Of a stretch of 64,000 bases of DNA, positions 25,275 to 38,356 are shown piece by piece. Location: NCBI GenBank assembly GCA_951406725.2, contig OX597821.1, forward strand, positions 34,596,001-34,660,000, written 5' to 3'. A program made the position numbers and the translations under genes. The notes below the pieces were generated by a model. That model was not told the DNA's origin. It ran no database searches and worked only from the letters and a program-made list of their open reading frames with translations. Every line of letters starts with the position of its first letter. Position 1 is the stretch's first letter. Source of the stretch: Octopus vulgaris. Lineage: Eukaryota.

Positions 25275-25412
25275 TATCTAATAACAGTCGTGTTTTAATG
25301 CATTTAAACTTGTCTGATCACACGATGGAGGTGGAGATTGAAGAATGAATGTAAGCTGAATTTCTTTAATCAGTGTGTGAGTGTATACTACACACATGTA
25401 CATATATACTAA

Positions 25413-25810
25413 GTGTGGCTGTGTGGTAAATGAGCTAGCTTCTGAACCAAATGGTTCTGGGTTCAATCCTGTTGTGTGACACCTTGGGCAAGTCACTTCT
25501 ACTATAACTTCAGGCTGATCAAAGCCTTGTGAGTGGATTTGATAGATGGAAATTGAAAGAAGCCTGTTGTGTATGTATGTATGTATATCTGTGTGTGTTT
25601 TTGTGTCTGTGTTTGTCCCACCCCACCACTGCTTGACAACCAGAGTTGATGTGTTTATGTTCCAGTAACTTGGCAGTTTGGCAAAAGAAACCGATAAAAT
25701 AAGTACCAGGCCTTCAAATAGTAAGTACCGGTGTTGATTCACTCAGCTATAATTTCAAGGTGGTTCACTAACATGGTCACAATCTAATGACTGAAACAAG
25801 TAAAAGATAT
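25413..25810 (+). mobile_element. SINE family A, older copy
   Basis: Family A consensus motifs. Confidence 0.85.
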
Positions 25811-26045
25811 ATACATACATGCGTATAGTATGTAGATGGGGTTACAATCCAAGCTATGTCCTTATGAAGTACATTTTAATTCTCAGTCTCAAGAATTATT
25901 AATAGATATTTAACATTGTTTTCTACATATATAATACTTATGTAGCACTTAATTAGAAATGAAACATATGGAATGAGGAATAAATGCCACCAAAAATTTT
26001 TCCAGTCTTCTGTTATTTATGTGTGTGTGTGTGTGTATATATATA

Positions 26046-26458
26046 TCATCATCATCATCATCATCATCGTTTAACGTCTGTTTTCCGCACTAGCACGGGT
26101 TGGACGGTTCGACCGGGGTCTGGGAAGCCAGGGGCTGCTCCAGGCTCCAGTCTGATCTGGCAGAGTTTCTACGGCTGGATGCCCTTCCTAACGCCAACCA
26201 CTCCACGAGTGTAGTGGGTGCTTTTTACGTGCCACCTGCACAGGTGCCAGGGGGTCTGGCATCGGTTACGATCGGTTGGAGCTTTTAACGTGCCAGCGGC
26301 ACGGAAGCCAGCCAAGGCAGCGCTGGCAACGTACGGATGGTCTTTTTTTATGTGCCACCGGCACAGGGGCCAGTCGGAGCGGTGCTGGCATCGGCCACGT
26401 TTGGATGGTGCTTTTTATGTGCCACCGGCACAGAAGCCAGTCGGGGCGGCGCTGGCAT
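26046..26458 (-). mobile_element. Family C with four tandem units
   Basis: (CAT)n tail; repeated TTTTACGTGCCACCGGCAC-like units. Confidence 0.88.
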
Positions 26459-26531
26459 ATATATATATATAATATTTTAAAAGATTAATACGGAAGATGG
26501 AGTGTAACTAGAAGCATTTATTATCACAACA

Positions 26532-26629
26532 CACAACAATCGTTTCAGCTTCATTCAGCACTACTCTCTGGTGGGAATGATGTAATAACACCAGATGCAA
26601 CACACTGTGCAGAAAAGCCTCATCAGATG
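26532..26629 (-). ncRNA. Minimal type I hammerhead-like motif with a long loop 2
   Basis: Minus strand CAT-CTGATGA-GGCTT...AAGCT-GAAAC-GATT-GTT-GTG, followed by AATAAA and (TA)n. Confidence 0.6.
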
Positions 26630-26720
26630 ATGTAAGATGCTTCACAAGTTCCCAGATTTACATTTCATTTTCACTTCAAGCTATATGCTGATGATGCGAT
26701 TCTAATAGTTCGGATATATA

Positions 26721-26873
26721 TCATCATCATCATCATCATCGTTTAACGTCCGTTTTCCATGCTAGCACAGGTTGGACGGTTCGACCGGGGTCTGGGAAGC
26801 CAGGAGGCTGCACCAGGCTCCAGTCTGATCTGGCAGTGTTTCTACAGCTGGATGCCCTTCCTAATGCCAACCA
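26721..26873 (-). mobile_element. Family C, short
   Basis: (CAT)n tail plus conserved 3' segment. Confidence 0.85.
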
Positions 26874-26944
26874 TTATTGATTTTACCAATTGAAGCTACC
26901 ATCAGTATGTGTGAGTGTATGTATACATATGTGTGTACGTACAT

Positions 26945-27557
26945 TTATTCATTTACTTGTTTCAGTCATTTAAGTGTAGCCATGCTGGAGCACTGCCTTG
27001 AAGGGTTTTAGTCAAATCAACTCCATGACTTGTTTTTAAGCATAGTACTTATTCTATCAATCTCTTTTGCCAGACCACTAAGTTACAGCAAGGTAAACAC
27101 ACCAGCACCAGTTGTCAAGCATTGATGGGGGGGACAAGCACAGTCACAATAACACGCACACACACACACATATATATTTGATGGGCTTCTTTCAGTTTCC
27201 ATCTACCAAATCTACTCATAAGTCTTTCATCGGCCTGAAGCTATAGTGGAAGACACTTGGGCAAGGTGCCATGCAGTGGGACAGAACCCGGAATGGTGTG
27301 GTTGGGAAGCAAGCTTCTTATTTCATTATTACTCACAAGGGACTACACACAGAGGGGACAAACAAGGACAGACAAAGGGATTAAGTCGATTACATCGACC
27401 CCAGTGTGTAACTGGTACTTAATTTATCGACCCCGAAAGGATGAAAGGCAAAGTCGACCTCGGCAGAATTTGAACTCAGAACATAACGGCAGATGAAATA
27501 CGGCTATGCTAACGATTCTGCCAGCTAGCCACCTTTCTTACCACACAGCCACACCCA
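26945..27557 (-). mobile_element. SINE A with a SINE B (27321-27534) inserted in its tRNA head
   Basis: A sequence resumes after B; short TSD TTCTTA. Confidence 0.88.
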
Positions 27558-28074
27558 TTTATATATATATATATATAATATGAAAGCTTCGCTCGAAAAC
27601 AATGCTATCTCCTGCAAATTTCCTTTTGTCTGTGTGGGTGGGTGTGCCAACATGTTTACAAATGTATTATTAAAATGCACCTACACACGAGCATAAACAT
27701 ATAAGCATTCATTGTACCATAAATTTAATATGAAGAGTCTATTTGTAGTAGAAAGAGCAGATCAATAAAGTCTATTTCTCTGTTTGGCAGCCATTACCAA
27801 AATTCAATTGTATGTTTTACTTTGCTTTCGTTTTCTGTTTTATAGGATTTTAAAGCTGGTTTCAAAATTTTGAAATATTACAAATATATATTAGTTATGA
27901 AACTTACTTGCTTCTTAACGACGTAGGCCTCAGTCTGATATCAGTACACGGCACTTTAAGCCAGCATCTTTTACCAATGGCTTCAGAGTCAACCAATGCC
28001 TAGTGGAGTATAATTTGGTAGTGAGGACATATTTGGAGGCTTGTTATGAATGCATGTACATCTTTTGTGTTTAT

Positions 28075-28430
28075 GTTCTTTCACTCATTAAACTGGTCAT
28101 ACTGGAGCACTGCCTTCAAGGGTTTAGTCAAATGATTCAACCCCAGCCTAGTGCTTACTCTATTGGCCCCTTATGCTGAAACACTAAGCTACAGGGATGT
28201 AAATAAACCGATACTGGTTCCCAAGTGGTGGTGGAACAAATGCAGTGACATGCATATGCACACACCCGCACACACACTGACATATATACACAGCAAGCTT
28301 TCAGTATCCATATACCAAATCCACTCACAAGGCTTTGGACATCCCAGGGTTTTTTAGTAGATCACACTTGCCCAAGGTGCCAAGCCATGGAACTGAACTT
28401 GGAACTATGCAGTCGGGAAGCAAACTTGTG
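28075..28430 (-). mobile_element. SINE family A, degenerate
   Basis: ACCAAATCCACTCACAAGGCTTTGG and ACACTTGCCCAAGGTGCC segments. Confidence 0.75.
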
Positions 28431-30108
28431 AGAAAAAAGAAAAATGCTGGTACTTTCTAATAAAAATATCCTGTGTGTTATTTGTTTCTCCCAAGTTAGA
28501 CATTTCTTTGCCTCTCTCACCATGAGGAATTCAGTGAACTGGTGATTGACCTATTGGAAACATGTAATCAATTACACGATTCTCCATCAAATGTGATATA
28601 GAATTTAAATATATATAAATAACTAACTATATTGTATTACAGGCTGCTTTTAATCATTTTATTATTAACTCTATGAAAAGCAAAATAGCCTAGAATTTAA
28701 TCAGTTTTGAACAAAGGGTTTCTCGCAAAAGCTAGAACATATATGTATGTATTTATTTATTTATTTATTTCCTTTCCCTTACCATTTTTATAACATTTAA
28801 TTATCTTAAAAGCATAGTTTTGAGTTGTAGGCACTATAAACGTATATGGAAGCTGAGGACTTCAAAGAATTAATGGTTGCTTTTGATATCCATCGTCGTC
28901 ATCATCATCATCATCATTTTCATTATCATCATCTTCAGTATCTGGTAAATTCAATAATATGTTGGATTACCAGCCAAAAGGATGTCCACAGATCACATCC
29001 CATCATAGCTGATGCAGTAGTTGGTCTCCAGCCAATGACACTTGACCGGCAAAGAGATGGGGTTATGTATACAGCTCACTGCTGTAAGTAGAGGTTACAG
29101 TGACAATGAAACACTTGTGAATTGTGTAGTGCTCTATGATTCACAAGCTTTTCCTTTATCACTTCTAACAGTAAGCTGACAAAGGAGGCTCTATGACATG
29201 GTCACTCAGCCTGCTAGAAATAACAACCAAATCTCCCTTTAAGTGCACCTTACTGTCTTAAAAAAAGGGGAAACATGAATCTGAATAGAGGAAGATGTGA
29301 TGGTCATAGTTGGAATGTCTTGATCAGGGTTGACTGGGACTTTCTCTAAGCTAATGAACTGTGTACCACCTTTACTCAGCTCCATAACACATTTACTTAA
29401 TACCCTCTCATACTTATCACAGCTTGAACTAAACATATTTATTTATCCATTCTTTTCTCCTTTGGACTGTATCATCTGAAACTCCATCCCTGAATTGTAC
29501 CAGCAATGCAATCACTCTGCATTGTAATGAGTATAACAGTTACTGAAAATGCAATTTGTATGAGGCTGATTTTAATGTCCTGACAGCGGGAGCCTGTACA
29601 TATGATGCTTGACCGGTTACAAATAGCAACAACCAGGTCCCTTCGTATCATACTCTGTCGTATGCAGGTAAGTATGTATTTGGGATTTTTTTTTTTTGTG
29701 CTTAGGAGGAAGGGCAGTGCTCATAACCCTACTCAGGACCTCACCTCTAAAACTGATGAAAAGACATAAGGAAGGTATTGTCAAACGAGAGGACTTGGTT
29801 TGAATGCTTTCAGCAGAGTGGGTTACATTAAACATACTCAAGGGCCAGGCAGTCTGTATACCATGTAATAAATAAAGTCTCTCTCCTAATTAGACCACAG
29901 CATGACTTGAACTTAGAACATTAAATGCTGGAACAAACATCAAATGACATTCTGTCTAACATGCTAATACTTCCACCTGTCCATTGTCCTAAACTACTGC
30001 TTTATCAACCTCAGAATGATGGAAAACCAAGTTGAATAGATACCAAAGGTATTTTGTCTGCTACTCTAACAGTCCTGTTCATTCACTGTCTAGTATACAC
30101 TCCTAAAA

Positions 30109-30491
30109 TAGTGATTTCCAACCTTTCCTCTGTTGTATATGCCCTTGGCTTAATGTATTTTGCCATTTATCCTTTGGTTTTCATTGTAAAAATATTGAGT
30201 AAATAGCAGCAAATATTGACTAAATATGGCAAATATTGACTAAATAATGACAAATGTTGACTAAATAACATTTGTCAAGCTTTCATTACACATCTTCTGC
30301 CCTTATATACGTATAATCCTTCTTGTTATAACTTCCTCTGTTCATAACGATGCCTCTCATATAACCACTGACCCTCTTAGCAAGAAAAAAAAAATAAAAT
30401 GCATAACATTGTATTGTTTTATAAATATTACGATCGGGTATATTTACCCTGTGCCGCGTTAATATAACCCTGATGGCTAAAAAAATCACTG
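30109..30491. mobile_element. Degenerate hAT-like MITE
   Basis: TAGTGATTTCCAACC ... AAAATCACTG; TSD-like TCCTAAAA/ACCTGAAA; internal AAATATTGACTAAATA tandem. Confidence 0.5.
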
Positions 30492-30678
30492 ACCTGAAAG
30501 ACCAGATGGTTACTTCTAGAAAATCTTTGAACATTGGTTAGCTCGATGTGGGACCTAAACAATAGAAACAGCCCACCTCACCAGTTCAGGAGGACCTGTT
30601 ACTGGAAATAGACTCTGAAGTTCTTCCTTCAGACTATGTTTTAAAACAACTACTACAGCTATCACCATTGCTAATAAT

Positions 30679-30724
<46 letters not shown>

Positions 30725-31339
30725 TATTTCCACTCAATATATTTATTAATATTTTAGTGTATAAATAACATCAATACAAACAGATCTTCCTATCCTCCTC
30801 TATTGATAATTTTTTTTTCTGTTTGGATGCTTTTAAAAAATGAAGTCATCATCATCATCATCATCATTGGTGGAAATATTTTTACATTTTATTTGGGGTT
30901 TTTTGTGTGTTTTTTTGCACAGTGCCATGAGTTGGATAGGGATACAAAACGGCTTCCTTGCATGTGTGTCTTTTGTAGTTTACTTACATAGAATATTACA
31001 AAGTATCTGGGGGATGCTGTGTAGACGCCCCCCCACTCTACACCCACCCCGTTCGTTCTTGTTTTCTTTTCTTTTGTATTAGCGTTGTCACATGATCACC
31101 TCCACCATCACCCATCAGTATATTTATATATTATTATTTTTTTTTCTCCTTTTGTTTTTGTTTTTTTGTCAATTTCCAATCCCGTCTCCTCCTCCTCCTC
31201 CTCCTCCTTCTCCTCCTCACTCTGGTGTATCAATAACATCGACGCTGGCAAATTTTCATATCCTGTATTGATTTGATTGATGTCTTTTTGATATTTGAAA
31301 AAACTAAACAAATCAATAATAAAAGAAAAAAATAGTCAT

Positions 31340-31985
31340 AACAATGATGATGATGATGATGATGATGGTAATGATAATAATAAACAACAACAACCAAAAA
31401 TAGAAACAAAAGGTAATAAAAACATTGCAGAACAGGACTGAAAATACTGTCTCATTAATCTTTATGGACAGATATGTCTATATTTCTGACAAGGTTAGTG
31501 TGTCGGAGGTGGTGGTGGTGGTGGTGGTGGTGGCGGTGGTGGTGGTGGAGTCGTGCAGTGTTGGTGGGGGTAGGGGGTAACTGGAGAGTACGCGGCACAA
31601 GTATTAAATGTGGTGAGTGGGTGTGTCGCGGATAATGATGGTGATGTCAATGGTGATTGGTAGTGATGCCTCTTGGTGATGGCACTGATGATGTTGGTGA
31701 TGATGATGATGTCGGTGGTTATAATGATGATGATGATGATAATGAGGATATGTTGTTGTTGTTGTTGGTGGTGGTGATGATGATGCTTGCAGATATGTTG
31801 TTGATGATGGTGTTTGGTGATGCTGATAAGTTTTGGGAGTGATGGTTCTAAAGAAGAAGATATGTTGGTATCGATGGTGACAACAACGTTGGTGGTGATG
31901 ATGATGATGATGATGTCAGGATAGTGACTGTGATGGTATTTGATGGTAGCACTGACTGTTGTTGTTGTTGTTGTCGGCAGCGGCG
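31340..31985. repeat. Composite (GAT)n/(GGT)n/(GTT)n low-complexity tract
   Basis: Directly visible trinucleotide runs. Confidence 0.85.
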
Positions 31986-32093
31986 ACGACTACTGCTGCA
32001 TTATAAAATCAACAAAGAGCAGTTATAAACAAAATTATTTGTTGCTATCGGCCTGGATTGTATAATGTAGGCAAGGAGGATATTGTAGGAGAC

Positions 32094-32622
32094 ATCATCA
32101 TCATCATCGTTTAACATCCGTTTTCCATGCTAGCATGGGTTGGACGGTTTTGACTGAGGGCTGGCAACCAGATGGCTGCACCAGGCTTTAGTCTTGATCT
32201 GGCAGAGTTTCTACCACTCTGAGAGTGTAGTGGGTGCTTTTTTACGTGCCACCTGCACGGTGGCCAGTTAGGCGATACTGGCAATGACCTCGCTCGAATC
32301 TTTTTACACGTGCCACCGACACAGGTGCCAGTGAAGCGACATTGGTAACGATCATGCTCGAATGGTGCCCTTCCTATGTGCCACAGGTACGGAAGCTCTG
32401 GCAACAATCACAACGATCACGCTTGGATGGTGCTCTTGGCACCCTACTAGCACAGGCATAAGTGCCAGTAAGGCGACGCTGGTAACAATCATACTCGAAT
32501 AGCCACTATGTCAACGATCACACTCGTATGGGGCTCTTTGCACCCCGCTAGCACGGATGCCAGTCACCGAAATGATTTTGATTTTGATTTGATTACACTT
32601 GCCACAAGAGGTCTTCGCAAAA
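32094..32622 (-). mobile_element. Family C, long copy with five to six tandem units
   Basis: (CAT)n tail, units, upstream (GATTTT)n segment shared with other long copies. Confidence 0.88.
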
Positions 32623-34100
32623 CAAGTAAAGACTCTGGAAATGGCAATAATGATGTCTATGATGAAGATAACAACATTGGCTTGTGATTATTATCGTTTA
32701 GTTCCAGGTCAGCATCGACAGAGCTGAGTTCAGTCAAGCTGTGACCATGTCACTTTCTGGGGTGCTGTCTAGAAATACATTATCTGTGTCCCTGTTTTTC
32801 TTCTTGTAAGATGGGTGTGTGTACGTGTGATACAATTTAAGATTTTGCTGTTATTTCTAGCAGGTTGAGTAACCATGTAATGGTGATGGTATTTTAGTAG
32901 TATTAGTGATGGTGGTAGTTGTAGTGGAGGTGGTGTGGTGGTGGTTGTTACTGTGCAAGGAGAAAGCCTGCTGAGATGATTGTAGATGACAGTACCTGGT
33001 CGCGTCTGCTAGGTTGATGTACAGGTGTGTGTGTGTGTGTGGGGAGTTAACTATGAAGTGGAACTACTTGGAAATGGCGACTGGCTGAGGGTATTTTATT
33101 TGGTCTGTAGCTCAGACAAAATCCCAGGAACAAAACAAAACAAAACGGAAAGAAACAATGCTGCTGCCGATCTGTTCATAGATTACTGTTGTCTTTGAAC
33201 ATCAGAGAGAGAAACTTGAAGACGGTTCAACAGCCTCTGCATAATGGCAGCAGCAGCGGTGTGATAACAATGAAAGTAGAGAGTGATGGTGAGAGGAAGA
33301 TCCATTTGTGGTGGTGGTGGTGGTGGTTTAATTGGAAATGTATGTATGTATGTAGAGCAATGGTATGATGTAATGCATTAAGACGAAGAATTAATAGCAG
33401 TTTACATAAGAATGAATGAGTGCAGTGTGTGTGTGGTGGTGGTGGTGGTGGGGGAGTCGTAGAAAGAGAGGTAGTGAGAGGAAGACTTAATGGGAAGAGA
33501 CGTAGTGACACTGATGGCGAAGGTGGTGGTGGTGGTAGGGTGGAAGCAGGCACAGAGCAAGTGCAAAACAGTGGTAGATGTAATAGTTATAGTTTAGCAA
33601 AGGAAGACAAACGTAGTGAGTAAATATAAGATGATGTTTGGTGATGATGATGATGATGATGGTGAGAGTGGCAGGAATAGTTTATATGTAGGTTGATGGT
33701 GGCAGTGCTAGTGGTTGGTAGTGGTAGTAGAAAGTGAGAGTATGTCGTAAGATGCCAATACAGTATATAGCAAGGGGTACAAATTGAGAATCGCTGTTGT
33801 GAAGCATCCATCAAGCCTTGCTGGTATTCATTCAGTTGGATAACTTGCATGAAATCTGGATTAGTATGGATTTAATTATATAGTTACCGACATGCATGAC
33901 AAAGTACAAACACTTTACCATATGCGTGCATTTTAATACATTAATATCTATGCATGCAAATCAATTCACACATATAAATACAATGGACTCTGTCACACCA
34001 GTTTTGAGCTGTGAGTGTTCTAGTTGTCCAATGAATGAAACTACTTACTCATCAAATTACATAGCGTAGCTTCTGCCCCCCCCCCCCCCTCCACGCATTT

Positions 34101-34405
34101 GTGGAGGCACATGGCCTAGTGATTAGAGCAGCGGATTCGCGGTCGAGGGATCGCGGGTTCGAATCTCAGGCCGGTCGATGTGCGTGTTTATGAGCGAAAA
34201 CACCTAAGCTCCATGCAGCTCCGGCAGAAGGTAATGGCGAAACCTCTGCTGACTCTTTCGCCACAACTTTCCCTCACTCTTTCCTCCTGCATCTTGCAGC
34301 TCACCTGCGACGGTCCGGTGTCCCGTCCAGGTGGGGAACCTATACGCCAAGAAACCGGGAAACTGGCCCTTATGAGCCAGGCATGGCTCGAGAAGGAACA
34401 ACCAC
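34101..34405 (+). mobile_element. SINE family J with tail type 2
   Basis: A box TGGCCTAGTG, B box GGTTCGAATC; TSD-like CAC(G/A)CATTTG; 3' part differs from the 22079 copy. Confidence 0.88.
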
Positions 34406-34715
34406 CACACACACATTTGCGACTGTAACGTAACTTATTCAAGTGAAATCACAGCTCTGTTGGGTGACAAGGCTGGTCCTTTGAAACATATTTAATTCAG
34501 TAGGTTTCCATGCATTGTCTACCAACCCAATTTCTAGCACATCATTTGTCTTGACATGTGGCTATTGAGAAAAAATTTGCCCATTGTGTCATTCAGTAGG
34601 ATCAACCCAGAGACCATGTGATTACAGAGTCATCTCCATCACGTTGAGTATGGTGCTTTCGATAATGTTTACAACAATAGTGTTGCTTCTGAATCTTATT
34701 CGAATTTATTCCTAC

Positions 34716-35088
34716 GTCAACGTCAACATCAAAATGAAAATTCAAATTCAAAAGGAAATTGTAGTTAAGACACCCGTGCCGGTGACACGTAAAAAGCACC
34801 GTCCGAATGTGGCAGATGCTAGCGTCGTCTAACTGGCATCCGTGTCGGTGACATGTAAAAGCACCAACCGATCATGGTCATTTGCCAGCCTGCTCTGGCT
34901 CCTGTGCTGGTGGCACATAAAAAACACCCACTACACTCATGGAGTGGTTGGTGTTAGGAAGGGTATCCAGCTGTAGAAACACTGCCAAATCAGACTAGAG
35001 CCTGGTGCAGCCTCCATGGCTTCCCAGACCCCGGTCGAACCATCCAACCCATGCTAGCATGGAAAACGGACGTTAAATGATGATGATG
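34716..35088 (+). mobile_element. Family C
   Basis: Three units, palindrome, (GAT)n; close match to the 19412 copy. Confidence 0.88.
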
Positions 35089-35428
35089 TATGCATGGTGA
35101 AAGCATACCAGCAAATGGTTTTTACACTATTTTGCTTAAAGTCATGGACTGGTGATTCAGTTCACTTCCTGTTTGGTTCAAGTACATGATGTTGCCGAGT
35201 GAAACATCTATGTCAATCTCTCTTCTATGGGATTTGGGGTGAGTTGCCTCACCTGTCTATTAGTTTCAAGTGTTTTAACACCTGTCACTTTGAGAGAGTC
35301 ATCTCCACTATATTAAATTGCAGTCTACCAGCAAATAAGTAAAGCACATATATTATGTGTTTGATAATGTTTACAAAACTAGCACTGCTTCTAATTCATA
35401 TTTGAATATGTGTGCATGTATGTATATA

Positions 35429-35526
35429 AAGAAATTTTTATAATTATGAGTATAGTTATAATTAAGGTTAATCAAATTTTTGCTGAACCCTAATTATAAT
35501 TATACTCAAAATTATAAAAATTTCTT
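35429..35526. repeat. Near-perfect 98-bp palindrome
   Basis: 48-bp arms (AAGAAATTTTTATAATT...CAAA) with about five mismatches and a 2-nt loop. Confidence 0.9.
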
Positions 35527-35577
35527 GTTTAAGTTTACCGATAATGGTTCTTTTAACATACCAAACTACTTGGTAAA

Positions 35578-35648
<71 letters not shown>

Positions 35649-35650
<2 letters not shown>

Positions 35651-36030
35651 TGCAGGTGTGACTGTGTAGTAAGAAGCTTGCTTCCCAACCACATGGTTCT
35701 GGGTTCAGTCCCATTGCATGGCACCTTGGGCAAGTGTCTTCTACTATTACCTTGGGCTGGCCAAAGCGTTGTGAGTGGATTTGGTAGATGGAAATTGAAA
35801 GAAGTTTGTATGTATATATATATGTGTGTGTATCTGTGTTCATCCCCCATCACCACTTGACAACTGTTGTGGGTGTGTTTACATCTCCATAACTTACCAG
35901 TTCAGCAAAAGTGACCAATAGAATAAGTACCAGGCATAAAAAATAAGTATTGGGTGTCAATTCATTCAACTAAAAGCTCAAGGTGGTACCCCAGCATGGC
36001 CACAGACTGACAAACTGGTAATAGATAAGA
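35649..36030 (+). mobile_element. SINE family A
   Basis: Consensus head after (TA)n. Confidence 0.88.
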
Positions 36031-36069
36031 TATAGATATATATGTATTGACATGTTATGCTTTTTATCC

Positions 36070-36473
36070 TGCAGGGTGTCCAACAATCACCCTCCTCACC
36101 AGGCAAGGTTGGTGGGGTTGCCAGTTTAGTTGCTGACAACCCAACCATGCAACAGGTTGTACTGGGTTACATGTTACCTGCAGCACTCGAGAGTGACCTG
36201 ACATGGAGGCACGCTGGCAAAACAGTGCTCCACTAAATGGAAACCTTCCCTGTCATTGCGGTTTTGTGGAACAAAGCGAAGCAGGCTTTGCAGTCCCCTC
36301 AAGAAAACATATAGTAAATGATCCACAAGCACTCGAGCACACTGAGTCCTCAACTTGTTCCATTTACCAAAAGGTCTGCATGGCACCAGCAGGCCTCAAG
36401 ACACATATTCTATAGAACATGATTAACACTTTATTTCGTTGAACACACATTTTTTCATTCACAACAAGAGAAT

Positions 36474-36480
<7 letters not shown>
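36070..36480 (+). mobile_element. RTE-like remnant with two decayed C2H2 fingers
   Basis: LPCHCGFVEQSEAGFAVPSRKH and TCSIYQKVCMAPAGLKTHIL*.H resemble RTE C-terminal C..C...C.S..GL..H motifs; ends in CATCAT before (TA)n. Confidence 0.6.
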
Positions 36481-36518
<38 letters not shown>

Positions 36519-38356
36519 TTGTACTGGTTTCAGTTACTGCATTAATTTGCTAGCCTCAGAAAGATGTAAAGACAGTATTAACCTAAACAGTATTACAACT
36601 TAACTACAAGCACTTGGTCTTGATAGTTAATTAATATCCATCTTTAATGAGTGAGCAAAATCAGTAGCTGTTGCTCATTTTTCATAAATAGTTCTAAGCT
36701 ACTTTCTCTCTCTCTCTCTCTCTTTTTCTCCCTCTCTCTTTCTTTCTCTCTCGCACTCACTCACTGGTAGAACACACAAAATACTCCTGATGAGCTTGTA
36801 ATGTCCAGGTAAAACTTGTCTCTTTATTTTTTGCTCTATTCTGCAGAAAGGTCTCTATGGTTTTAACCACAGCATCTACTTCACAGCAGGATTAGATGTA
36901 TGCTTTTGAAACTACCATATATTAACTTATACATAACTTAAAAAATATAATACAAGATAAAGTAATGGTTGGGTGGCAGGGTCATTTTATAGCAAGAAAG
37001 TGATAGCAGCTATAAAGACTGTGTAAATGTAGGCTGATGGCGATGCTGATAGGCTGTTTGCTGCAACAAGGAATTTCATGACCAAGTTTATATCTAAAAT
37101 TAGCTGCTTCAGCAGTCACAGGTTCTTGCTGTTCTCTATTAAGTATTGGTTCAATAACTTCAAGTATTGGGACTGATTATTTGATTTTACTTGTTTCAGT
37201 ATGATTTATTGACTGGGTGCTTATTTTATAGACTTGGGTGACAAAGTGGCAGTGGGTTCTTATCAACCTCAATATCAGAGCATTCAATTGTTTGTCTTGT
37301 CCAACCAAATCCCTACTTGAGATATTAATTTATAAATGACTATTTTGTTTTCCTTCCCACACAGACGTGTGTCAGTAACGCAGTTCTCTGGCTCAATCAG
37401 CTTGAACCTTGAATTACAGTTACAATACTGAACACACACTGAGTGAGAAAAACAGAAAGAGAGAGGCAGAGGAGGGAGAGAGAAGGAAGTGTTGATCTTA
37501 GTATTAGATTGACATCGTTTATTGACTTCATCTTGATCCCAAAAGGATGAGAGGTAGGATTGGTCTTGGCAAGATTTGAATCCAAGGCATTGACAGCTGG
37601 AATGAATACAACAGACCAATCTATCTGGCTCACTAATGAGCCTGCCAATTTACTGCCATAAATAATCAAATAAGTCGGACTGGGATTTGAACTCTCATCA
37701 TAAATGAACTTAACTAATTACAGCATATCATCTGTAGCTTGTCCACTGCTCAGTTGATTCTGGCATTCACCCAGTATTGCGTTTTATTATAAAGATTACT
37801 ATTTAACATTATGCTTACTTAGTTTTGTTAATATTTATCTAACATCACTTTCCTCCATGAAATTTCTTCCCCTGGGGTGGGGGCAGAAAATACCAAAGTG
37901 CCGGACAATTCAAATCAGTCAGATGTTTTATTTATTGTATTTAGTTGAATGGCTTTGTGTTCAGTTTCAAATCTCTCTAGAGGTTGGTAGGTGCAACCGA
38001 CTATATTAGTATTTTATATGTGTGTGTACATACACACATATGTATACACACACATACTGATGGTAGTTTCAGTTGGTAAAAATCAATAATGGTAGAGATA
38101 TAGTGGCTGAATGGTCAAGGGATTGAACTCATTCATTCATTCATAGGTCACACCAGATTCACTGCTAGTATTTTACGGGCACGGCCTTGTAGTTAAGAAG
38201 TTTACTTCAAACTTCTCATAATTCTGGGTTTGAACCAACAGCATTGCACCTTGAGCAAGTGTCTTCGACTATGGCTTCAGATTAAGCAATACCTTGTGAG
38301 TGGAATTTGGTTGAGAGAAACTGTGCAGAAGCCCATTATATGTGGTTCAAAACCAT

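Noticed and set aside
29661-29673. Perfect splice donor CAG|GTAAGT
   Set aside because: Lies in a copy of the old dispersed repeat family; no supported upstream exon
29742-29792. Hammerhead at CTGATGA 29753
   Set aside because: No GAAA-stem III-NUH arrangement; stem I is not adjacent to the core
34101-34175. tRNA gene
   Set aside because: A and B boxes are present but the sequence continues into a SINE body with a TSD; no proper acceptor stem. The same applies to all A, B, J and L heads
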